The notes: a model not told the origin generated them from the letters alone. 42,025 nucleotides of DNA from Bacteroidales bacterium (GCA_004557195.1 SFER01000001.1:1-42025), one strand, 5' to 3'. Positions 8,980 through 18,519 are shown, counted from the stretch's first letter. Made by a program: numbers and translations.

Positions 8980-11403
8980 ATGAGTCAAATTATTGGCAAT
9001 GGAAAACCGGTTGAAGAGGAAAATTCGTCGGTTTCCTTGAGTGATTTCTTTTCATTATGCCGCAAGTATTGGATGTATTGCGCCGCATCGGTTTTCGTGT
9101 GCTGTGTAATTGCGGTTTTGCTCGCAAAGTCGAGCCCATTATCTTATCAAGCCGAGGCACAAATCCTTATTAAAGGTGAGAAAGAGACCGGCGACCTTCC
9201 AACAGCCGCATTATTCTCCGATTTGGGAATCGCACAAAGCAGTTCGGGAGTAAACAATGAGATGATTATCATCAACTCTGTTACAATGCTCAAGCAGGCG
9301 ATTATCCGCATCAATGCCAACGTGTTGTACTATCATAAAGGATTGCTCCGCGAGGTGAACATCTACAAAGCATCCCCGATTAAACTCACACCCGCAAGCG
9401 ATATGGGTGAGAATAGTTTTTGGGTTGATATTGATGTAGTCGATGCCAATGAATATGAGTATCGCTTCCACTATGTAGATAAGGTGTCGAAAGACGAAGT
9501 GGAAACCGAATGGACACGCGCAAAATTTGCCGAAGTCGTTAAGGAAAAATATGATTTCATAGTAACAAAGACCGAGAAATTCAATCTTGAGAACGATATG
9601 CGCGACTTGAAGGTGGTTTATCGCGATCCCTTCTCGATGGCTAAATCGTTGTATCCGTCGCTTGCTGTCAACACCATCTCAAAGGAAACCAGCGTGTTGA
9701 AGATGACTATCAACACCGACAACTTCGAGATGACAAAAGACCTTCTCAACTCGCTTATCAGCACATATAACGATGACGTTATCAACGACAAGAACCGCGT
9801 GGCTCGCAATACCGAGAACTTTATCCGCGACCGTATTGCCTCGCTCGCCGTTGACCTTGACGGAATTGATGGCAAAATCGAGCAACTCAAGCGCACCAAT
9901 AAAATTCCCGATATCGCCACAGCCGCACAACAATATGTGGAAACCGGCGAGAAATATCTCGATAACCTCACACAAGTGGAGACACAGATTTCGCTTGTAA
10001 ACTATATCTACGAATTTATCAGCAAGGAGGAGAACAAATATGGCTTGATTCCCGAAAATATCGGCATTGCCGACCTCGGTATCCAAAATCAGATAACAGC
10101 CTACAATAAGGCAATCCTCGACTTGTCGAAATTGATGCCCGGAGCAGGCGACGAGAACCCCTATCTCAGAGAGCAAAAGGCAGTGTGCGACAACTTGCGC
10201 GGCAATGTAATCGCCTCAATCCAGACACTCCAACGCTCGTTGGGCATTAAGCGCTCGCAAGCACTTGCGCAAGCCAACATGATGGATTCGCGCATCTCGA
10301 GAGTGCCCGGACAAGAGAAGGAAATCAGCGATGTGCTCCGTCAACAACAAATCAAGAACTCGCTTTACCTGTATTTGCTTAACAAACGTGAGGAGAACGC
10401 CTTGCAGATGGCTATCACCGAGCCCAACGCCAAGGTGATTGAAGAAGCATTCGGCGAAGAAATTCCGGTAGCTCCACGCACTCTCAACTTCCTCATGATT
10501 GGATTCCTCCTCGGTCTCTTGATTCCGGCAGGAAGCATCTACGGCTACCTTTGGATTCAGTCGCTCAACACCACAATCCGTGTGCGTAGAGACATTGAAG
10601 ATCGCTCGGATATTCCGGTGCTCGGCGAGGTTCCGACACGCAAAGAGGGCAAAACAGCAAGAGATGCCGCCGATATTATTGCCGTAATCGACAACGGTAA
10701 GGATATCCTCACCGAGGCATTCCGCATCTTGCGTAGCAACCTCCGCTTCTTTGTCGATGAAAACGATGGCGAAAATGTAGGTGCAAAAGTAATACAGTTC
10801 ACTTCAACCACACCGGGTGAAGGTAAGAGCTTCTTTGCAGTGAACCTTGCTCTCTCTCTCGCATTCTCGGGCAAGCGCACATTGCTCATCGACCTCGACT
10901 TGAGAAAAGGCACACTCTCGAAAAACCTCGGATTGCGCCGCTACTCGGGTGTGAGCACATATCTCACCGATATCAAGTTGCGCGAGAACGATGTAATCGC
11001 AAAGACCGATTACAGCGAAAACCTCGACATCATACCCACCGGAGCTCTTCCTCCCAACGCTACCAATCTTCTTGCATCGAAGCGCTTTGAGGAATTTATC
11101 AACACCCTCCGCACTCAGTACGACTACATCCTCCTCGATACAGTGCCGTTGTCGGTAATCGCCGACCCGATTATCGTAAATCGTGTTGCCGACCTCTTGG
11201 TTTATGTGATTCGCAGCAACCATATCGACCGTCGCTACCTCCCCGAGGTGTCGAAAATCAAAGAGCGTAACAAGATTAAGAATCTTGCCTTTGTGCTCAA
11301 CGATGTAAGTTACGAAGACAAAGGTTATGCTAAGTACAGCCACGGCTATGGCTACGGCTATGGCATTGGTTACGATTTCGGTGATGAGAAAGACAAAGAT
11401 TAG
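8980..11403 (+). CDS. Polysaccharide co-polymerase / tyrosine autokinase (Wzc/GumC-type chain-length determinant)
   Basis: N-terminal TM segment, a long coiled periplasmic region, then a second TM segment (LNFLMIGFLLGLLIPAGSIYGYLW). Kinase Walker A TSTTPGEGKSFFAVNLALSLA, Walker A' LIDLDLRKG, Walker B YILLDTVP. C-terminal Tyr cluster YAKYSHGYGYGYGIGYDF. Confidence 0.9.
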   Translation: MSQIIGNGKPVEEENSSVSLSDFFSLCRKYWMYCAASVFVCCVIAVLLAKSSPLSYQAEAQILIKGEKETGDLPTAALFSDLGIAQSSSGVNNEMIIINSVTMLKQAIIRINANVLYYHKGLLREVNIYKASPIKLTPASDMGENSFWVDIDVVDANEYEYRFHYVDKVSKDEVETEWTRAKFAEVVKEKYDFIVTKTEKFNLENDMRDLKVVYRDPFSMAKSLYPSLAVNTISKETSVLKMTINTDNFEMTKDLLNSLISTYNDDVINDKNRVARNTENFIRDRIASLAVDLDGIDGKIEQLKRTNKIPDIATAAQQYVETGEKYLDNLTQVETQISLVNYIYEFISKEENKYGLIPENIGIADLGIQNQITAYNKAILDLSKLMPGAGDENPYLREQKAVCDNLRGNVIASIQTLQRSLGIKRSQALAQANMMDSRISRVPGQEKEISDVLRQQQIKNSLYLYLLNKREENALQMAITEPNAKVIEEAFGEEIPVAPRTLNFLMIGFLLGLLIPAGSIYGYLWIQSLNTTIRVRRDIEDRSDIPVLGEVPTRKEGKTARDAADIIAVIDNGKDILTEAFRILRSNLRFFVDENDGENVGAKVIQFTSTTPGEGKSFFAVNLALSLAFSGKRTLLIDLDLRKGTLSKNLGLRRYSGVSTYLTDIKLRENDVIAKTDYSENLDIIPTGALPPNATNLLASKRFEEFINTLRTQYDYILLDTVPLSVIADPIIVNRVADLLVYVIRSNHIDRRYLPEVSKIKERNKIKNLAFVLNDVSYEDKGYAKYSHGYGYGYGIGYDFGDEKDKD

Positions 11404-11428
11404 TAACTCGATAGAAATTTGATATAAT

Positions 11429-11467
11429 GAGCAAGGCGAGCATTTATCGTTCACCTTGCTCTTTTTT
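11429..11467 (+). terminator. Rho-independent terminator after the Wzc-like gene
   Basis: GAGCAAGG (11429-11436) / CCTTGCTC (11454-11461) followed by TTTTTTG. It ends only about 15 nt before the ugd ATG. Confidence 0.65.
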
Positions 11468-11481
11468 GACAATATAAAACT

Positions 11482-12825
11482 ATGGACAGATTGAACATTG
11501 CTATCGTAGGCACAGGCTATGTGGGGCTTGTCTCCGGAGCCTGTTTTGCCGAAACCGGTGTAAATGTAACCTGTGTGGATATCAACAGGGACAAAATTAC
11601 CTCGCTCATCGACGGCATTATGCCCATCTATGAGCCCGGATTGCGTGAAATGGTGCTTCGCAACGTGAAGAATCGCCGCTTGTCGTTTACCACCGACCTT
11701 GCCTCGGTGCTCGACAAGGTGGATATCGTATTCAGCGCGGTAGGCACACCCGCCGACGAAGATGGCAGTGCCGATTTGAAATATGTGCTCGAAGTTGCTC
11801 GCACTATAGGCGCCAACATGAGCAAATATCTACTCGTAGTTACCAAAAGCACAGTGCCTGTGGGCACCTCGGTGAAGGTGGAGAACGCCATCAGAGCCGA
11901 GTTGCAACGCCGTGGAGTAGATATCCCCTTTGATGTGGCATCCAATCCCGAGTTTCTCAAGGAAGGGGCTGCAATCAAAGATTTCATGAGCCCCGATCGA
12001 GTGGTGGTGGGCACAAACTCCGACCGCGCACGCGAACTCATGGAACGGCTCTACAAGCCTTTTATGCTCAATAGTTTCAGAGTCCTTTTTATGGATGTCG
12101 CATCAGCCGAAATGACCAAATATGCCGCCAACGCAATGCTCGCCACACGCATCAGTTTTATGAACGAGATAGCCAACTTGTGCGAGAAAGTGGGGGCTGA
12201 TGTCGCACAAGTGAGAAAGGGAATCGCCTCCGACCCTCGAATCGGGAGCAAATTCCTCTATCCCGGTTGCGGATATGGCGGCTCATGCTTCCCAAAGGAT
12301 GTCAAAGCGCTCATTTTCACTGCGAAGGAGAACGATTGCGCAATCGACCTCGTGGAGGCGGTGGAGCGCGTCAACGACAGGCAAAAACAGATACTGTTCC
12401 GCAAGACCATCGACCATTTTGGTTCGCCGGAAGCCTTGAAAGGGAAAACCGTGGCAGTGTGGGGGCTTTCGTTCAAACCCGAGACCGACGACATGCGCGA
12501 GGCTCCGGCTCTCATCTACATTCGCGCACTGCTCGATGCCGGGTGCATCGTGAAAGCCTACGACCCTATTGCGATGCCCGAGGCAAAACGCCGTCTCGGC
12601 GATGCTGTTACCTACAGCCTCGACATGTATGACGCCGTGCTCGATGCCGACCTCCTCGCTGTGGTTACCGAATGGAAAGAATTTCGTGTGCCGGCGTGGG
12701 GCGTGGTGGCAAAGGCGATGCGAGGCAATGGTGTAATCGACGGCAGAAACATCTACGACGCCGAAGAATTGCGCGAAAACAACCTCGTGTGCCACTCGAT
12801 AGGGCGACGCACCACTTATTTTTAG
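11482..12825 (+). CDS. ugd: UDP-glucose 6-dehydrogenase
   Basis: N-terminal Rossmann motif IAIVGTGYVGLVSGACFAE. Catalytic-Cys block GYGGSCFPKDV. Typical length (447 aa). Confidence 0.9.
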   Translation: MDRLNIAIVGTGYVGLVSGACFAETGVNVTCVDINRDKITSLIDGIMPIYEPGLREMVLRNVKNRRLSFTTDLASVLDKVDIVFSAVGTPADEDGSADLKYVLEVARTIGANMSKYLLVVTKSTVPVGTSVKVENAIRAELQRRGVDIPFDVASNPEFLKEGAAIKDFMSPDRVVVGTNSDRARELMERLYKPFMLNSFRVLFMDVASAEMTKYAANAMLATRISFMNEIANLCEKVGADVAQVRKGIASDPRIGSKFLYPGCGYGGSCFPKDVKALIFTAKENDCAIDLVEAVERVNDRQKQILFRKTIDHFGSPEALKGKTVAVWGLSFKPETDDMREAPALIYIRALLDAGCIVKAYDPIAMPEAKRRLGDAVTYSLDMYDAVLDADLLAVVTEWKEFRVPAWGVVAKAMRGNGVIDGRNIYDAEELRENNLVCHSIGRRTTYF

Positions 12826-12846
12826 CAACAAATCCACAATCTACTT

Positions 12847-15800
12847 ATGTCTATAAAAACAGAATTTGTCGATGCCTTGTCGAGTCGGGTATTGATGCTC
12901 GACGGCGCGATGGGCACCATGATACAGCGTGCAGGGCTCTCGGAGGAGCAGTTTCGCGGCTCCCGTTTCGCTTCTCATCATTGCAACCTTGCAGGGTGCA
13001 ATGACTTGCTTGCGCTCACTGCACCCGATGTGATAGAGGCAATCCACAGAGAGTATCTTGCCGCCGGAGCCGATGTGGTTGAAACCGACTCGTTTAACGC
13101 CAACGGCATTTCGCTTGCCGACTACTCGCTGCAGGACTATGCCTATGAAATCAACCTTGCCGCCGCTACCGTGGCGCGCCGGGCTGCCGACAGCTTCTCA
13201 ACTCCCGGCAGACGCCGCTATGTGGCAGGCAGTGTGGGACTTTCAAATCGTTCGCTCTCTATTTCTCCCGATATCGAGAACCCCGCAGCGCGAGCCACCG
13301 ATTGGGACACCATGGTGGAGGCGTATCGCCCACAGTTCCGCGGACTTATCGATGGCGGAGTGGATTTTATTCTAATTGAAACCATATTCGACACCCTTAA
13401 CGCCAAGGCGATTGCCGCCACAGCACGCGAAGTGATGGCGGAGAAGGGGGTGGAATTGCCTATACTCTTCTCTATCACTCTCACCGAGAGCGGTCGAGTG
13501 CTTTCGGGGCAGACAATAGAGGCGTTTATCGCATCGGTGGAGCATTTCCGTCCTGCGGCAATTGGTCTCAACTGCGGTTTCGGGGCGTCTTCGATGCTCG
13601 CTCACTACAGGCGTCTCGCCGAGTGCGCTCCATGTCCGGTTTTCCTCTATCCTAATGCCGGATTGCCAAACGAAATGGGGCAATATGATGAGACTCCCGA
13701 GAAAATGGTCGCCGACCTCGAGCAAATTCTCAAGGATGGCTCGCTGAATATGATAGGAGGGTGCTGTGGCACTACTCCGCAACACATCGCCATGATTGCC
13801 GAGCGCGTGCGCGGGCTTAAGCCTCGTGTGCCGCAACCTGCCGCCGAGCGACTCTCCCTCAGCGGACTTGAAATGGTGGAGATAGTCCCCGAGCGCAATT
13901 TTGTGAATATCGGTGAGCGGTGCAATGTAGCCGGCAGCCGCAAATTCCTGCGTTTAATCAACGAAAAACAATACGAGGAGGCTGCGACAATAGCGCGCGG
14001 ACAGGTGGAGAACGGAGCGCAAATAATCGACATCAATGTGGATGACGCGATGCTCGACTCGGTTGCCGAAATGAGCAATTTCCTGCGACTTATCTCCTCC
14101 GACCCCGACATCGCACGCGTGCCTTTTATGATAGACTCCAGCGACTGGAACGTGATAACAACCGCACTCAAAACCGTGCAGGGCAAACCGATTGTCAATT
14201 CCATAAGTCTGAAGGATGGCGAGGCTGAATTTTGCCGCAAGGCGGCTTATATCCGCAACATGGGTGCCGCCGTGGTGGTGATGGCATTTGACGAGGAGGG
14301 ACAGGCGGTTACTTTCAAGCGCAAAATCGACATCTGCGCCCGTGCCTATTCGCTTCTTGTAGAAAAAGTGCATTTCCCGGCTACCGATATAATTTTCGAC
14401 CCCAATATACTCGCTGTGGCTACCGGCATTGCCGAGCACAACCGCTACGGAATTGATTTCCTCGACGCTTTGTCGTGGATTAAGTCCAATCTGCCGCACG
14501 CCAAGGTGAGCGGCGGACTCAGCAATCTCTCTTTCTCGTTCCGAGGCAACAATTATGTGCGCGCCGCCATTCACTCGGTATTTCTCTACCACGCTGTGGC
14601 GAGAGGGATGGATATGGCTATTGTCAATGCCGGCGCGATACCTTCCTATGATGACATTCCGGAGAATCTGCGCTCTGCGATAGAGGATGTACTTCTCGAC
14701 AGCGACAGCGATGCCCCCGAGCGGCTGATACAAATCGCCGGGGAGATGAAAGAGGGTGGCGCCGAGGTGCAAACCGAGTGTGCCGACACATCTTCGCTCC
14801 CGGTGGACAAGCGCATCGCCGAAGCATTGCTAAAGGGTAGGGAAGAGGATATCCCTGAGCTCCTGCAACTGCTGATTGACGAGGGCAAGTCGCCTATGGA
14901 AATCATCGATGGCGCCTTTATGGACGGAATGAACCGCGTGGGAGTGCTTTTCGGCGAAGGCAAACTCTTCTTGCCGCAGGTGGTGAAGAGTGCGCGTGCC
15001 ATGAAGCACGCCGTAGATTGGCTCAAGCCGTATATGCCGGAAGCCGATTCCGACAATTCGTCGCGCGCCACTGTGGTAATTGCCACGGTGAAAGGCGATG
15101 TGCATGATATCGGGAAAAACATTGTGGCTGTGGTGTTGCGTTGCAATGGATTCAACGTAATTGACCTCGGCACGATGGTCCCGCTCGAAACAATTCTCGA
15201 TGCCGCTCGCACGCACAATGCCGACATCATCGCATTGAGCGGACTTATCACTCCGTCGCTCGAGGAGATGAGGCGCGTTGCGGCTGCGATGCAGCAAGCC
15301 GGAATGACCATTCCGCTGATGATAGGCGGGGCTACCACTTCCGCGCTCCACACAGCCGTGAAGATTGCACCGGAATACAGTGGTGTGGTGGCTTACACCC
15401 GCGATGCCGCCGAAATGCCTTCGGTGGCACACCGTCTTCTCTCCGATGCAGCCTATGTCGCCTCTCTGAAGGAGTCGCAAGAGGCTCTGCGCCGTAACTA
15501 TGAGGCGAAGAAAAACCTTGTGCCGCTTGTCGAGGCTCGTAGCCGTGCCGCTCGCATCGATTGGAGTGGATATGTGGCTCCTGTGCCGTTGATGGGGAAT
15601 GTAGATGACCTCCGTCTCACTGTCGATGAGGTGGTGCCGTATATCAACTGGGTGCCGTTCTTCGCCTTGTGGCAGATTCCGGCATCGCTTGCCCGGGTTG
15701 CCACAATCGGTGGTTGCGACCACTGCAGGGCGCAATGGCTTGCGTCGGTGCCTACTGCCGATGTGAATAAGGCGGCTCAGGCAATGCAACTCTACAAAGA

Positions 15801-16482
15801 TGCCCTGCGTGTAATCCGATTCTTTGCCCACAATGCCAACGATAGCATCACCGCCCGTGTGCGCTTCTTCGATGCCCACGCCGATGGCGATGATATCCTG
15901 GTAGGGGAGAAGCGGCTGCCGATGCTCCGCTCGCAGGCCTCCGATGGCTCTTTCCGCTCGCTCGCCGACTATGTGTCGCCCACAGCGGATAAGATAGCCG
16001 CATTTGCCGTAACCGCCGGTAGCGGAATCGAGAGTGCCATCAATCGAAAGAAAGAAATGAACGATGAATATGAGGCGCTGCTCTATCAGGCAGTGAGCGA
16101 CCGCCTTGTCGAGGCTGCTGCAGAGTGTTTCCATCGCCGAGTGCGCACCGCAATTTGGGGATATGCCCCCGATGAAGCGGAGCCTGAGACCACACTGCTC
16201 CGCAACGACTACAGTGGCATCCGTCCCGCTGTCGGCTATCCCTCGTTGCCCGACCAATCGCTAATTTTCGACCTCGATTCGCTTCTCGACCTCGCCTCGA
16301 TAGGAATATCTTTGAGCGAAAACGGAGCTATGACACCCCTGTCGAGCATCTGCGGACTAATGATTTCTCACCCTCAAAGCGCCTACTTCTATATAGGAAC
16401 AATAGGCGACGACCAGCGTGAGGATTATGCCGATCGTCGCAATGTGTCGTTGGAAACGTTGTCGCGTTTCCTTCCGCTTTAA
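12847..16482 (+). CDS. metH: Cobalamin-dependent methionine synthase (all four modules present)
   Basis: Homocysteine-binding GGCCGTTPQHI. Pterin-binding region. B12-binding DVHDIGKNIV (DxHxxG). C-terminal AdoMet activation domain (IRPAVGYPSLPDQS). 1211 aa. Confidence 0.95.
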   Translation: MSIKTEFVDALSSRVLMLDGAMGTMIQRAGLSEEQFRGSRFASHHCNLAGCNDLLALTAPDVIEAIHREYLAAGADVVETDSFNANGISLADYSLQDYAYEINLAAATVARRAADSFSTPGRRRYVAGSVGLSNRSLSISPDIENPAARATDWDTMVEAYRPQFRGLIDGGVDFILIETIFDTLNAKAIAATAREVMAEKGVELPILFSITLTESGRVLSGQTIEAFIASVEHFRPAAIGLNCGFGASSMLAHYRRLAECAPCPVFLYPNAGLPNEMGQYDETPEKMVADLEQILKDGSLNMIGGCCGTTPQHIAMIAERVRGLKPRVPQPAAERLSLSGLEMVEIVPERNFVNIGERCNVAGSRKFLRLINEKQYEEAATIARGQVENGAQIIDINVDDAMLDSVAEMSNFLRLISSDPDIARVPFMIDSSDWNVITTALKTVQGKPIVNSISLKDGEAEFCRKAAYIRNMGAAVVVMAFDEEGQAVTFKRKIDICARAYSLLVEKVHFPATDIIFDPNILAVATGIAEHNRYGIDFLDALSWIKSNLPHAKVSGGLSNLSFSFRGNNYVRAAIHSVFLYHAVARGMDMAIVNAGAIPSYDDIPENLRSAIEDVLLDSDSDAPERLIQIAGEMKEGGAEVQTECADTSSLPVDKRIAEALLKGREEDIPELLQLLIDEGKSPMEIIDGAFMDGMNRVGVLFGEGKLFLPQVVKSARAMKHAVDWLKPYMPEADSDNSSRATVVIATVKGDVHDIGKNIVAVVLRCNGFNVIDLGTMVPLETILDAARTHNADIIALSGLITPSLEEMRRVAAAMQQAGMTIPLMIGGATTSALHTAVKIAPEYSGVVAYTRDAAEMPSVAHRLLSDAAYVASLKESQEALRRNYEAKKNLVPLVEARSRAARIDWSGYVAPVPLMGNVDDLRLTVDEVVPYINWVPFFALWQIPASLARVATIGGCDHCRAQWLASVPTADVNKAAQAMQLYKDALRVIRFFAHNANDSITARVRFFDAHADGDDILVGEKRLPMLRSQASDGSFRSLADYVSPTADKIAAFAVTAGSGIESAINRKKEMNDEYEALLYQAVSDRLVEAAAECFHRRVRTAIWGYAPDEAEPETTLLRNDYSGIRPAVGYPSLPDQSLIFDLDSLLDLASIGISLSENGAMTPLSSICGLMISHPQSAYFYIGTIGDDQREDYADRRNVSLETLSRFLPL

Positions 16483-16486
16483 GCCG

Positions 16487-17104
16487 TTAATTCCAGCCGT
16501 CGTAGTGGATGTTCTCCGGCTTCCACTTGTCTTTTATGTTCTTCTCCTCGGCAGGATATCCCACCGGGATGAGGCAGAGAGGAATGATGTTCTTGGGCGC
16601 GTTGAGGATGTTGGAAACCACATTGGCTCGCTCCATGTTGGGGTAGATTCCGGTCCACACAGCCCCAAGTCCGAGGCTGTTCACCGCAAGCAGGATATTC
16701 TCAGTTGCAGCCGAAGCATCTTGAATCCAGAAATCACGAGCCACACCCTCGAGAGCCTTGTCCATATCGCCGCACACCACGATGGCAAACGAGGCATTGG
16801 CAGTCATCTTGGCATTGGGAAGGCTGTCGGCGAGTTCCTTGAGCAATTCAGGCTTCTTAATCACCACAAAAGCCCAAGGCTGCTTGTTCACGGCAGTGGG
16901 AGCAGCCATCCCGGCGCGTAAAATCTTTTCGATTATCTCGTCGGGCACAGTGCGCTCGGAGTCGTAGGCTCTAACGCTGCAGCGAGTCATTATGTTGTCG
17001 TAGGCAGCGTTGCCTTGCGGCTCCTCGGTATTGGCAACCTTGAAAATCAGCACTCCGGCAAGAACAGCTAGAATCACATTTAGTACAATAGATGTTTTTT
17101 TCAT
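16487..17104 (-). CDS. Nitroreductase-family flavoprotein with an N-terminal hydrophobic segment
   Basis: RCSVRAYDS...ILRAGMAAPTAVNKQPW is a typical nitroreductase N-terminal motif. It is preceded by MKKTSIVLNVILAVLAGVLIF. Convergent with metH; the two stop codons are 4 nt apart. Confidence 0.8.
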   Translation of the reverse strand: MKKTSIVLNVILAVLAGVLIFKVANTEEPQGNAAYDNIMTRCSVRAYDSERTVPDEIIEKILRAGMAAPTAVNKQPWAFVVIKKPELLKELADSLPNAKMTANASFAIVVCGDMDKALEGVARDFWIQDASAATENILLAVNSLGLGAVWTGIYPNMERANVVSNILNAPKNIIPLCLIPVGYPAEEKNIKDKWKPENIHYDGWN

Positions 17105-17138
17105 ATAAATACAAATTAGAGGGGTTGAATTTCAATGG

Positions 17139-17146
17139 CAAAAATA
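17139..17146 (-). promoter_or_regulatory. -7 promoter box (TATTTTTG on the minus strand) for the nitroreductase gene
   Basis: The plus strand reads CAAAAATA, 35 nt upstream of the start at 17104. Confidence 0.4.
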
Positions 17147-17360
17147 CAAAAACAACTCGAACAATGCATATTGTGAGGGTGTATTTTTACCACTTTTTAA
17201 TACAATGCAGAGCACGGTGGCTATGTTTTATTTTACTAAAAAATAGGTCTATTTGTAGGATTTATTAACAAAAATGCTAATGTGCGGGGCGTATATAGTT
17301 AAATTTTGCTAATTACGGAAATTTTTCTTGGATTATTTTTTTTGTTTTACAAATAATGCA

Positions 17361-17368
17361 TACCTTTG
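17361..17368 (+). promoter_or_regulatory. Orphan -7 promoter box (TACCTTTG) with an upstream TTTG
   Basis: TACCTTTG at 17361-17368 with TTTG at 17341-17344. No annotated gene follows on this strand before the terminator at 17599. Confidence 0.4.
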
Positions 17369-17598
17369 CAGTGTTGTTAAGAACGTATATGTATATTTTG
17401 CTTGTGGATAGGATCAAACAGAAATTCATCCATAAACTTATTAGAAAAAATGAATGCTACGTTTATGATGGAGCTTCATTCCACCGGCGAAGTTTGTACG
17501 CAAGTAACAACTTTAGTTGGTTTGTTGATGTACATAAACATAAGATATAGATTTAGTATTAAATAGTTGTTTTATAGATAATTGTGTATTTAAAGATT

Positions 17599-17627
17599 GG
17601 GATAGTCGTGAGACTGTCCCCTTTTTT
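17599..17627 (+). terminator. Rho-independent terminator closing the orphan transcription unit
   Basis: GGGATAGTC (17599-17607), loop GTGA, GACTGTCCC (17612-17620): 9 bp including one G-U pair. Followed by CTTTTTTATT. Confidence 0.7.
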
Positions 17628-17730
17628 ATTGTCAAATAAAAAAGGCTGCGCCTTGGGGTGTAGCATTCTGTAGAGATTGTGTTCCTAAACTTTATTTGGC
17701 TTCGAGTTCAAAGCCGGAGTACATTCCTTT

Positions 17731-18309
17731 TTAGCCTTTGAGGAGGGTGGTTACGGTTGAGAGTGTTGAGGTTTTGCTGTAACTTGCTATCTTTGTTACG
17801 ATGTCGATGAGTTTTGTTACATCGAAGGTTACTTGCAAGGTTGTGCCTTTCTTTATGTAGGCTTTTGCTTCGGCTATTTTGTAGCGGCCGAGTGAATTGA
17901 AGTTGAATTGGAATCTGCCGTCGTCGGTTTTCTCAATTGTGCCCGATGCAGTTCCTTTTTTGAATTTCAACTCGAAATTGCCCTCGGCGTCGATGGTGAG
18001 CACCATGTTGTCAAGACCTACTCTCTTATAATATGGAGCCATTTTGTCTTCGATAACGCCTGCCATATATTCGCCACCTGCTTTGTTGAGGAGGTCTTCG
18101 CTTTCAAATGCAACGGCAGGGGCTTTGTATTTCCATGTGCCGGCAAGGTCTTTCACCTCAAGGTCGCTCTTGGAGACGAGGAGGTTGAGGATGTCGTTTG
18201 CTGTGTCGCTGTTGAGGAGTGAGCCAAGGCTACTCAAATCGAATGCGCTTGCCGAGAATGCCACTAACATTGCGGCAAGTGATAATAACATTTTTGATAC
18301 ACGATTCAT
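17731..18309 (-). CDS. Secreted DUF4923-like (lipocalin-like) protein
   Basis: I chose the ATG at 18309 (MNRVSKMLLSLAAMLVAFSASA signal peptide) because the track start at 18339 is a GTG lying inside the -7 box. The motifs LAGTWKYKAPAVAFESEDLLNKAGG...KLIDIVTKIASYSKTSTLSTV match my recollection of DUF4923 proteins. Confidence 0.6.
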   Translation of the reverse strand: MNRVSKMLLSLAAMLVAFSASAFDLSSLGSLLNSDTANDILNLLVSKSDLEVKDLAGTWKYKAPAVAFESEDLLNKAGGEYMAGVIEDKMAPYYKRVGLDNMVLTIDAEGNFELKFKKGTASGTIEKTDDGRFQFNFNSLGRYKIAEAKAYIKKGTTLQVTFDVTKLIDIVTKIASYSKTSTLSTVTTLLKG

Positions 18310-18338
18310 AATTATATTTCTTTTAATGTTTCGAGGCA

Positions 18339-18346
18339 CAAAATTA
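18339..18346 (-). promoter_or_regulatory. -7 promoter box (TAATTTTG on the minus strand) for the DUF4923-like gene
   Basis: The plus strand reads CAAAATTA, 30 nt upstream of the ATG at 18309. Confidence 0.45.
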
Positions 18347-18511
18347 ATGAAAAATATTTATTTCACCCAAACTAATAGACCAATGTGGCAAATTCTTGAA
18401 AAAATGCTCGATTTGTGTCGGAAATTCGAGGTTTTTTCATAAAAAGTGCGTTAAATTAGGTGAAATTACCGATTTTGGCGCAAAATGCGCGCGGCGCACA
18501 TAGCGAGGTTG

Positions 18512-18519
18512 TAACTTTG
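18512..18519 (+). promoter_or_regulatory. -7 promoter box (TAACTTTG) for the capsid-like module
   Basis: TAACTTTG lies 31 nt upstream of the ATG at 18550. Confidence 0.5.

Noticed and set aside
12826-12846. Cobalamin or SAM riboswitch upstream of metH
   Set aside because: Only 21 nt separate ugd from metH, which is far too short for any riboswitch aptamer.
14830-16257. 475-aa ORF antisense to metH (and 13954..14772, 14646..15353)
   Set aside because: These are shadow ORFs within a gene whose sense frame carries every MetH hallmark. They are Arg/His/Gly-rich and have no motifs.
17356-17550. 64-aa ORF in the AT-rich spacer
   Set aside because: Its ATG lies upstream of the only plausible -7 box (17361-17368). 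The product is a low-complexity basic peptide with AT-driven codon composition. I kept it only as part of the sRNA/small-ORF finding.
17634-17664. Second hairpin (GCTGCGCC-TTGG-GGTGTAGC) as the terminator of the DUF4923-like gene
   Set aside because: On the minus strand, which is the relevant one, two of the eight pairs become A-C mismatches. The pairing is only good on the plus strand, where no T-tract follows. It is too weak to call.
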